From Rhizaria sp. SCN 62-66 (Eukaryota): a stretch of 64,000 nucleotides of DNA. Shown here piece after piece: positions 39,303 through 49,744 of this stretch. The DNA is taken from assembly GCA_001724265.1 (NCBI GenBank), contig MEDY01000042.1:124001-188000 (forward strand). The letters are read 5' to 3'. A program made the position numbers and the translations under genes. The notes under the pieces are model-generated. The model had not been told where the DNA came from. It worked only from the letters and a program-made list of their open reading frames with translations, and made no database searches. Within the stretch, counting starts at the first letter, position 1, and each line of letters opens with the position of its first letter.

Positions 39303-40202
39303 ATGCTCCGAACTCTCGCATCAAAAAGCACACGCTTGTTCTCTAACGGATTGAAAGTGGCTACATATGGACCGGTGAAACCTGCCCTTGGTGCTCTACC
39401 CGCTTCTCGCATCTGCTTCTCTTCGTCAAGCTCCTCAGCGACCGCTGACTCCGCAGAGTCCTCACTGAAGCCAATCCAGCAAGAGCGCGGTGCGAGCGAT
39501 GTCAAGCGTCATGCGAAGTTTCCTTACGGCACAGTCATTTACGGCACGGGTATTGACATCGCGCATATCCCACGATTTGAGCAGATCCTAACCCGCACCG
39601 AGTCTGACGCTGCATCCAAGCTCCTTCGTGCAGCTCGGTCAACAACGACAAATGACAAGCAAAGTGACATGCAATGCAATGCAGTCACGCTACAAGAAGA
39701 GTCTGATATGGACGACTACAAGGCGAGTACTTTGGCCAAGAAATGCGGTAACTTGAGTTTATCACATGGAGATACTTCGTCTAACGTGAGTGAAACTGGA
39801 GAGAACGCAGAGTCGTCGAGCTTCCTCTCACGCTTCATGACCAAGGCTCTTCACCCAACCGAGGCAGCCACCCTCCTCACCATGCCCAGTGGCACCGCCA
39901 CCGACCTCCGCCGCCGCGCCGCTTTCCTGGCGTCTCGCTGGGCCGCCAAAGAGGCCTTCACCAAGGCCGTGGGCTCGCGGCTGCTGTTCCCCGAGATGGA
40001 GCTACGAGCGCGGTCACGGGGCCCCGCGCCGGCGCTGTTGTTACACGGCGCCGCGGCAGCGTACATGGCGGGGAACGCGCTGCGGACGCCGGTGCAGGTG
40101 AGCGTGTCGCATGATGGGGAGTATGCGGTGGCCGTGGTGACGCTCGAGCAGTGCGCTGAAACGGCCGCTGCTGCTGCGGACAGTGAGATGGTCTGCGACT
40201 GA
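39303..40202 (+). CDS. AcpS-type 4'-phosphopantetheinyl transferase (holo-ACP synthase) with probable mitochondrial presequence, 299 aa
   Basis: Motifs GTGIDIAHIPRF, FLASRWAAKEAFTKA and VSVSHDGEYAVAVV. N-terminus MLRTLASKSTRLFS is rich in R/K/S and lacks acidic residues. Ends TGA. Confidence 0.9.
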   Translation: MLRTLASKSTRLFSNGLKVATYGPVKPALGALPASRICFSSSSSSATADSAESSLKPIQQERGASDVKRHAKFPYGTVIYGTGIDIAHIPRFEQILTRTESDAASKLLRAARSTTTNDKQSDMQCNAVTLQEESDMDDYKASTLAKKCGNLSLSHGDTSSNVSETGENAESSSFLSRFMTKALHPTEAATLLTMPSGTATDLRRRAAFLASRWAAKEAFTKAVGSRLLFPEMELRARSRGPAPALLLHGAAAAYMAGNALRTPVQVSVSHDGEYAVAVVTLEQCAETAAAAADSEMVCD

Positions 40203-40390
40203 TATTCATATAGGTTAAGCTTGTGATAGTGGGCTTTTGCTGACATATCACAATAAGATGTGGTACTTTAGAAGGAATTAAGATGGCGTGGGTGCGGAAA
40301 CAAGAGAACAACTAATGTGTCCATTGTACAATGTATTTTAGAATACAGAAAGACTAGTGTAGATTGATAGACTAATTTAAATCGGCTTAC

Positions 40391-43300
40391 TTAGATATGA
40401 CGTTGATTCTGCAACGCCCTGTGCAAAACATATGTGCGCGTGTCCGTTTGACCACGCTGCTGGGTTGTGTCGCCCGCGTTGTAAGTGTCCTGTGACGCAG
40501 CCCAAGTGGGCAACGGCACTGCGTGAACCTCATCCGCATATTCATAGCGATCGCCGGCCTCAACAGATGAACCATACGCAGTCCTCTGATGTCGCTGTTG
40601 CTGCTCGCGATCGCGGCGTTGGGAAGACTTGTCGTGAGCGACTCCAGTGTTCACTGCAGCGTGAGTACTTGTGGTGGCGGCGTCGTTGTCGTCACCGTTG
40701 TGCATCGACCACAGATCAGCATCTGTCGCATTTCCGCCCTGGTTATGAGCGAACGCGGAGTAACCGTGAGTTACGCGTCGCTGCTTGGCAGCATGAGGGC
40801 TGCGAGTACCATTAGCGTTCGCTGCAATTGCGATCTGGAAGCAGTCGTTGTTTGTACAGCTCGACGCATCAGAATGTACGGACGCAGCTGATTGCGAGTA
40901 CGACAGCGTGTTCGCAGGGTTGCGATGACCAGCAGTGACAGAGTCATGGACCGGCCGCACAAGCCTCGACTGTGACCGCGAGTGCGCGCGTGCCAGCGAA
41001 CGTGAGTGAGAGCCTGCAGAGGGTGCCGGCGACGGCCACGCTGACGGGGGCTCACTGACACCCGTGGCAAGCACGAGCGGGCCGCGCGGCTGCTCACGGT
41101 CATGTGTATGGTCTGCGCCTTGCTTGTCGCAGTCGTTTGATGGCTTCTTGACTGTGGCGGTCGAGGAACTCGGAGCAACACGGGGTGCTGAGGTCACATG
41201 CTCAAGGTCAGGCTGCTGCTGATGTTTTCGATCAACATCATGCTGTTGCTGTTGTTGTTGTTTTTGCGACTCAACGATGCGTTGACATTGGAGAAGATAC
41301 TGGTAATACGCATCGGTCTCCGCTGCAGCACGCTCAGCCGCAGTCATTCCCTGGAAATCGCCCTCGGCAGAGTCGATGTTATCAGCACGTTGACGCTGGT
41401 CCGAAGGCAGCTGCCGTCCGGAAGCCAAGATCTTCACAAACTCACGCAACTCATCATCGCTGACCCGAGCATTGCTATCAACTGCAGAATTTCGAATAAT
41501 ACCTCGACGACTGGTATCGCCGCCTTTTACACCGGGATTAGCATCGCCCTTGCCGCTGCGAGCCGTGGCGGCCCTGACAAGCGCTGCGCCGCGGCTACTG
41601 ATGCGCGCCTCGACCTCCATCTGGTGACTGCGGGCCTCACGCTCACGGTCAGCGCGCTCCAAAGCGCGCTGGTGCAGCCGCACTTGGAAGTTGCCGGGGC
41701 CCGTGGAGACGGACGGCCAGAGATGAGCGGGGAGACCGAGGGCGCCGGCGCCGACAGTCCTCTGCCGAGTCACGGCTCCACTGCGCTGCTGCGCGTGGCC
41801 GCGAGCAGAGGGATCAGTGGAGTGGCTGCCATACAAAGCGTCCGCCATGATGCTCGATCGGCCGCCTAACGTAACGGTTGCGGGGTGACGTAAAGACGCG
41901 CGGTGCGTTTGGTTACTGTTGCCACTGGTGTAGCTATTGTCGGAGGGCCGTGCGTTGCGCATTGAGGCCGCAAAGGGGTTATCATGCGCAGAGTCATCAA
42001 ACGAGGAATGTGGGCATTGCGACGGCTACCGCTGTTGCTGTTGCTGCATCCGGAGGTCTAAGCGGCGCATCTGGTGGCTCAGCACACGCAAGCGCTCTGC
42101 ACGCTTCGCCTCAGCTTCAGGGGGCGGCTTAACATAGATAGGGCCGGATGAGCTCGCATTCTCTGCAACATCTGAAGATGACTGTGAGTCTTGAAACTGA
42201 GAAGTTAGGCCGCCGCCGTATCCAGCGCGACGCTGCCTATGTTGCGTCTGTAGCGACTTCTTTGCACTTGCTCGGCCGTTCGTCGCGTTGCTCTTGTTGA
42301 TGTTCATCGTAGAGAGTGCAGCTGCAGTGTATAGAGCTGCCAAGCTGTCATCAGCTGCACCGACATCAACAACACCGCTACTCGCGGTCCCGTCTGGGCG
42401 GATTGACTTGAAGTGACCGTGCGTAGCGTCAACATCGAGTGAACATGAGCACTCGAGACACCGGGACGCGCATACCGTCACTCCAGTTGCACCACAGCTA
42501 GCAGCAGTGCTCACAGCCGTTCTACCGTTCGTGTCACCGGCGCTCGTGTGGGGGGCGAAAACGACAGCAGGAGACACAGCTGTCGGCGCCCAAAGCAGCC
42601 ACATCCGGCCGTCGGCCTTCTGCGCGTAAAAGTCGAGCCGCGTCAGACCCAGGTGCTCGGCGAGTCGAGAGCCAGCTGCCGTGAAGTCAGACTGTGAGTC
42701 ACCAGCGATTGACGGTGAGTTCATCGTGAACGACTGCAAGCCTGAAAAAGAGCCTGGAGTGCGGAGTTGTGCTTGAGTGGGGTCTAACAGCGAGTGTAAG
42801 TGCGACTTCTGGGAATCTACGTGGTTCTGAGAGTCTAAGGATTGCCAGGGAAGAGCTCCGCAGTCGCGCGCCCAGCCAGCCGCAATTGCGGGCAATTGTT
42901 GCGAGCTTGTGTCACCATTAAGCTGTGCGTCAGACGACGACGGCGAGTGCTGCGTAAATGATTGTGAACAGACAGACCAGAGGACCGAGCCGAGTTGTTC
43001 GGGCCTCTCACACGCAACATTGACTAACATGTGGTCATCATCATAGTCACTCGCAAAGTCCCTAGCAGCGGTAGTATTTCCGTTCTCAGTTGTAGCAGCA
43101 TTTGCTCCAGCATTTGCTCCAGCATTTTCGTTTTCTTTTGCCAACGATGTTGAGAACGATGCGACTGTTTGCAGCACAGTCACCGCAGCTTCGGACGCAG
43201 GCGCAGGCAACGGACACGCCCAGTGCGATGAGCACACACCAACAGTACGATTCCCAGTGAGCGTCGCAGTCGTGTCATTAGCTGAGAGTGACAAGGGGAA

Positions 43301-45364
43301 CAAAGGGTTCGGCCCGCGGTAATGGTGTGAAAGCACGAGTGCGATCGCGCTCCGCCACTCCCGAGCCGCTTCCTCAGCCTCAGCCATCAGTCCCGAAGCT
43401 AGCCCGCCCCCGCCACGGCGCGACATCGACTGCACCGCAATCCCGGGCCGGAGAGGCAGCCCCGGCGAGGCGCTAGCGTACGGCAGTAACGCAGCTAAAG
43501 CAGGGCCAGCGAGCGCGAATACACTCGGCGTCAGCGCAGCAACCGCGGCCGCAGACTCCGTGCGCGCGGCAGTGAGGTTGCGACGCAGTGTAAGCGTGAA
43601 CGCGGTGCGGCTGCTCTCGCCGCCGCTGCCGTACTGCCGCTGCAGCGCCGTTTGCGACGTTAACGCGGCGTGAGCTGCGGTCAAGGACTGCGAATATGAG
43701 GAGAGACCGTGGTTGCGGCGGGCGGCAATACTGTTTGCAGGTGCTGATAGGGTGAAAGCAAGAGACGACGACGCAACAAATCCAACGCGTTCAGCATTAC
43801 CACTCGCGGCACCGGCGTCATTCGCTGTGTTGCGGCTAGACTTCGCATTGCTGCTTGTTTGCGTGGGTGGTTTAGACGGTGGTAAGTAGCAACGGCGCGC
43901 GGCAGTGACGCGGGTAACGGGGGTTGTCAGCAACGCTGCCGCAGTCGCAGCGCGCGCCTGTAGCAGCCGCGCACGGCGCCAGTGCGCCTCTGACGGGAAC
44001 AGCGACGTCACCGGCGCCAGTGCGGTTGCTGTAGCCAAGGCGGGAGGCACGTATAACGGCGACGGCAACAGAGCAGACGCCGTCGTGTTCACGCTGCTAG
44101 CGTTAGGAGTCTTGTTACTAGCACTCTTGACATTAGTGCTGTTGTTGATGAGGTGAGAGAAAGGGTCGTAGTTTGGAGCGAGTGCTTGCTGCAAGACAAA
44201 GCTGAAAGGAAAGCCAGTATCTGCTGACTGCGTCGTGCTGTTTTGACTAAAGGCAGCGGGCTCAAGCACTGGCAAAGCAATGAACAAAAGCCACGCAAGC
44301 TCAGTCGGAGTCATCGGCTTGACTTCGGGCCACGCACTCACGGTCGCACGCACTGATGTAGCCAGGCTAATTGTGGTGTCACCTGCATCAGCAGTGTGAT
44401 TCGCGCCCTTGTGGTGATATTGGCCGCGAATGAAGTAAGCGGTTGGAATCTCGTCTAGGGGGTTCTCACGCCATGGCACTTGTGCTGCAGTCAGCGGTTG
44501 CAAGTCGTTCAGAAGACTCGCAACAGCTAACTGTGAATTGGCGTTGAGTGACTGTGAGCGCGGAGACAAAGCACCCGCTGCAAACGCGCGTGCCAACTGA
44601 TGCGGGAGTCCAACATCAACACATGTGCGTTCAAGTAAAGCAGAGCTGTCTCGGGAGCCGTGTTTCGTGCGGTGATCATTGTGGTGTTGAGTGAGTGATA
44701 GCGAGTTTTGCTGTGCAGAAAACGCTTGAAGTAAAGGGCTGTGATCGTTGTTGATAGCAAGCGCAGCAACAGCAGCGGCCAAAACGACTGACGGCGGTGC
44801 AAACGGGATAACACTGTCACTCAACGCAGCAGGAACAGTGAAAGTACTGCTATTCATGGCGTTGATCGCACCGTCTACAGTCGGAGAGGGCAGAGTTGGG
44901 AAGACACCTCGCGTGCGCGTCAGCGTCTCAAACACGCCTTGCGCAGTGAACTGCGACGCCAACAGCCGCTTGGTCAGGCGTGACTCGGCACATGAGTAAT
45001 ACCACGTCGCAGAGAGAGCCTGGGAGCAGTCACCGGCGCTGTGTGTGCTGATTGGGGAAGCGAAGACGACCGTGTGGGGCAAATGCAGTGCGTGTGGGGA
45101 ATCGGCCGCAGCGGCGGCAGAATGCTCAGAAACCTATCGATAAAGCAAGAATGGCAAACATAATGTGAGACTTCAAGTCTATAGTCTAGCGAATCTAAAA
45201 CCACAGAAGGATTATATGGTTTTATAGTGTACCTCGGTGCCACGTTGCCAGAGGCGACGGTAGAGTGAGGGAAGACAGGCGGCGGTCAACGGAGTGAGAG
45301 ACGACGTGCATTCGCACAGCGGGTCTGGGGCAATGTCGAACACAGCGGCAGCAGTAGCTTGCAT
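40391..45364 (-). CDS. Hypothetical protein, ~1,620 aa; exons ~45364-45233, 45133-40391; one in-frame TAG at 42028-42026
   Basis: ORFs 42026..45082 and 40391..41962 are in one frame, separated only by the TAG and 21 sense codons. Intron 45232-45134 is GTACAC...TAG and joins RGTE/VSEH in frame. Start uncertain (frame open to ~45502). Ends TAA. Confidence 0.65.
42026..42028 (-). other. In-frame TAG (MQQQQQR*PSQCPHSSFDD)
   Basis: Minus strand CAG CGG TAG CCG TCG; frame open for over 1,000 codons before and about 545 after. Confidence 0.8.
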
Positions 45365-45883
45365 AGGACCGTGTAAGGACACGAAGTGACACGGCCGCGC
45401 AAAGAGGGGCGGCAAGGGGTTGGGGTATGTTGGAGCAAGACGGTAACGGGTGGCTGCAAAAGCAATGGCCAGCGTGGGATGAACAACAAGTTCAGTGGCA
45501 CATTATTTAGTATTACATGTGGATATAACAAAAGCAATACCATAGTCAAACTGCATTTCAAAATGACGACTGTGAATGAAGTTATGACGGTGTCGATTTA
45601 GGTGAACGGATGTGCCAGATCGTTTGCCAACGGTTCGCGAAAAAGTGCACCACTGTGATGACCGCAGCGCCAGCTTTCGACGAGAGAGTTCGGGCTGCCG
45701 GTTGACGCAAAATGTCATTATCTCGCTAATTCATCGTCCAATCAGTATGTAGCTGGAGTATACTATTGCTACAAGTCGCATATTTTTATATTTAAAATAG
45801 TTATATCTCTCCAGGCACTTCTTCCTCACACGCACACCCTGCCGCTTTGCTCCGTACCACCCCACCACAGACCGAGGCTCAAG

Positions 45884-48800
45884 ATGTCGTTCGACCTCCT
45901 GACGCTTCAGAACCGCATGAAGCGCGACCCTGACGGGTACCGCGAAGGTACGTTCCTCTATTTAATACTAAACAAAGTTGTTTTGTCTCCCTACAAGTTT
46001 CTTCAGTGCTTCTCTAACCTCCGTAAGCCTCCCCTCTCTTACATCCCTCGTCATTCTCACCCACCCTCGCTCTTCGTTTCTCTGTGTCGCCAATGTGCGT
46101 TCTCTGCGCTCCCACCACAGAGTTCCTTCAGCAGACGCGCCACTTCATGTCCAATCTGCAGATCTACAAGCTGCAGCCGCTGACCAAGGCCGGCAAGAGC
46201 CAGGCGCAGGCCTCGATCTTCGACCTCGCGAGCAATAACAAGGCCAACGCGACCCCGGCGTCGCGCCGCGCTGCCGCCGCGGCCACGGCCGAGGTGGCGG
46301 ACCCGACGGCGGCGATCCAGACGCGCCGCATCCAGGAGTTTTGTTCGCTCATCTCGTTCCTGTCGCACGCGGCGCCGCTTTACAAGGCCGAGGTGACTGC
46401 GCTCAACATCCCTGGCGAGCTCTACACGCTGTTGTTTGACCACTGCGAGACTCTGGACCCCGTGCTCCGCAAGACGCTGACGCAGGCGCTGATCCTGCTG
46501 CAGAACCGCGGCATGATCCCGCGCACCGAGCTCATGCCGGCGCTGTTCCGCTGCTACCGGTGCGCCGACAAGGACCTGCGCCGCGACGTCTTCCAACACA
46601 TGATCGCCGACATCCAGAAGCTCACCAAGTCGTCCCCGTCGCAGTCAGTCGTGGGTGCGCTGCAGAAGATCGTTTTCACGATGATGAAGGACGACCACCC
46701 CGGTGTGGCGCTCAAGGCGATGCAGATTCTGGTCGAGCTGTGGCGCCGCAACACGTGGGTCTGCGAGGCCGTCGCCAACGCCATGGCAAACATGTGCTTC
46801 GGCACCAGCGATAAGCTCATCTCGGCCGCGCTGTACTACTTCCTGGGCAACTACGATATGGATGATGACGAAGAGAGCGACACGCGCAACAAGATCAAGG
46901 ACCGCAAGCAGGAGCTCGCCATCGTGGCCAGCTCACTCAAGCACTCGCGCTCCAAGATGAAGAAGGAACGCATGCTCAAGCGTGAGAGCAAGAAGCTCAA
47001 GAAGCAGGAGAAGGACCTCGAGAGCGACGACGAAGAGGACGACGAGGACGCCGTCGGCAACGCTGTCGCCAACATGAACCCTATCTCGATGGTGTACGAC
47101 CCGCAGCACTTTGTCGAGCGGCTCTTCCACAAGCTCAAGTCGTCGCGTGAGAGCTTCGCCACCCGCATGCTTATTATGGAGGTCATCTCCAAGCTCATCG
47201 GCTACCACAAGCTGCTGCTGTTTAACTTCTACCCGTTCATCCAGCGGTACCTGCAGCCGCACCAGCGCCACGTCAACGACCTGCTGGCGTTCGCAACTCG
47301 CGGCACGCACTCTCTGGTGCCGCCCGAGGTGCTGCAGCCGATGGTCAAGACGATCGCGACCAACTTCATCACGGACCGGTCGCAGCCCGAGGTGATGGCG
47401 GTGGGCATCAACGCCATTCGCGAGATCTCGGCCCGTCAGCCGCTCGTCATGTCCGAGGCGCTGCTGCACGATCTCAGTGAGTACGCGCGCCACAAGAACA
47501 AGGGCATCGTGACGGCGACGCGGTCGCTCATCTCCGTGTTCCGCCAGCTCAACCCCGAGCTGCTGCGGCGCAAGGACCGCGGTCGTGACGGCCAGCTCGC
47601 CGTTATCATCCAGCGCGGCGACGACGACATCGCCAAGCAGGCGCGCGAGGAGGCTGCCGCCAAGCTCCACTTCGGCGCCTCGACCGCGCACCGCGACATC
47701 GACGGCGCGGACCTGCTGGCGCGTGCAGGCATGCTGCGCGAGGGCCAGACGGGCGACGACAGTGACGAGTGGGAAGGAAACCACGAGTTCGAGGACGACT
47801 TCATCGCCGATAACGCCGCGCTTGAGGACGACGACGACACGCCCGATAAGCTGCCCAAGTACATGAAGAAGAAGCTCTATCACCTCAAGGGTGAGGCACG
47901 CCGCAAGTACCTTGCGCGGTTGGTCAACTCCGGCTACGCGCTGCCCGGCGGCAACACGTGGGAGAGCGCCCGCGAGCGCGGTGTCGGCGACGAGGATGAC
48001 GAGGACGAAGACGAGGTACGCTTTCATTTCAGTTATATCTCCGCAATACGGACTTCCTGAAATGTATTGTCTTTATTTTATATGTATAATTTATTATTGG
48101 TGGTTTGTTTGTAAGTTTTATTCTCACTATGTTTTATCTTTGGTGTTTCTTTTTTTTTTTTGTAGGATGGCGAGATGGACATGGACGAGATCAACCGCAT
48201 GATCGAGAGCGGTGAGCTCGAGGCCATGGAGGGCGACGACGAAGGCGATGACGACGACGACGACGATGATGACGAGGTACGTGACTCTTTATATCGACAA
48301 CAAAACTCAATATCCCTTGCTTTATTTCTCTCGGTTGACCTTGATGAGACCATGTACACTCAGCTCTGTGTGTCGCAAGATGCGTATAAACGAGAAATAA
48401 GAGTCACTATCGTATCATCGCATTATATTAGCAATCACTCACTATATTTTATAATTCTTTCCTTGTTTGCGTCGTATATCTACAATTTAGGACGGCGAGA
48501 TGGACGAGCTCGAGATCGACCCCGACCAGTTCGACCGTCTCTTCGACGGCGAGGGTGACATCCCCCTCGAGGGCGACGACATTGAGGGCGTCTTCTCTGC
48601 CGTCAGCCTCGCGGCCGAAGGCGACGAGTTCGACATGGACGGGCTCGAGGGAGACGACGACGGCGAGGGGGACGAGATCGACCTCGAGGGCGACGATATG
48701 ATGGACATGCTTGAGGGCGACGAGGACGACGGCGAGCTCGATTCCGACGCCGATGACGAGGAAGAAGAAGAGGAGGAGGTCAAGGAGGTCAAGCCCGTCA

Positions 48801-49411
48801 ACAAGCGCTCCCGCAAGACGGTCGCTTTCTCCACGGGCGACGCCAAGACCGACGCCATCGCCGCAGCCGCGACTGCCGCCGCCATCAAGGCCGAGGAAGC
48901 GAAGCAGCTGCTGCCGCCGCGCGCCGCGCTGCGCATCCTCACCCCGGCCGACTTCGCGCGCATCGAGGAGCTGAAGAAGCAGCGTCTGCTCGACGGGCTC
49001 AAGGGCCAGCGCAAGCGCCAGCGTGAAGTGCTGATCGAGGACATGGTCGAGGAGGGCCGCCGTGTCAGCGCCATTGCGGCGGGCACGTACACCGACATTC
49101 AGGCCGACGACTTTGCGAGTGTGACACGGAAGAAGAAGTTAAGCCGCGAGGAGCGCGTGGCCAAGGCGGAGGAGTCTCGCGCGGCACTCAAGCTCAACAC
49201 GCGTGGTCACAAGTTCAAGGATGCCGGACTGGGTCTGTCGAACGAGGAGAAGAGCAAGACCAAGAACTTCAAGATGATCCAGCACTCGTACCGCGTCAAG
49301 AGCAAGGCCGTGCGTGGCCGTGCCGACGCGCAGAGGACGAAGCAGAAGCACAACCAGAACATGTCCAAGATGGGCAAGAATATCAAGAAGAAGATGAGTC
49401 GCCGTGTCTGA
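45884..49411 (+). CDS. SDA1: SDA1/SDAD1 60S ribosome biogenesis factor, ~996 aa; exons 45884-45947, 46121-48015, 48166-48276, 48491-49411
   Basis: Motifs LLTLQNRMKRDPDGYREEFLQQ, VELWRRNTW, LLLFNFYPFIQRYLQPHQR, HSLVPPEVLQP, NPELLRRKDRG, RILTPADFARI and GLSNEEKSKTKNFKM. Three GTACGY...AG introns; ends TGA. Confidence 0.96.
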
Positions 49412-49744
49412 GTAAGCGGATAACGTGTTTGACAACAAATCAGATCTTCGTCGTGGTCTAGGGCCATCATCTAGTATACGTAGTTATCGTTAATCGTTGA
49501 TAATAATAGTATTTTTCACAATCATTATAATATTAATCGTTTCTCTAATTCAATACATTCGATCTTTTAAGGTTCGAAATCAAACCAACCAAGTCTTCAC
49601 GATCACTTCATAAGTTGTATTGACAATGATACCAACACGGCTATAGTCGTTCACAGTCGGTGAACTCGCATGGTAAATCAAATTAGCGAGATATATCATA
49701 ATACAAAAACAAGTAAAACATTGCAATTATCTGCTATGGTTTCT

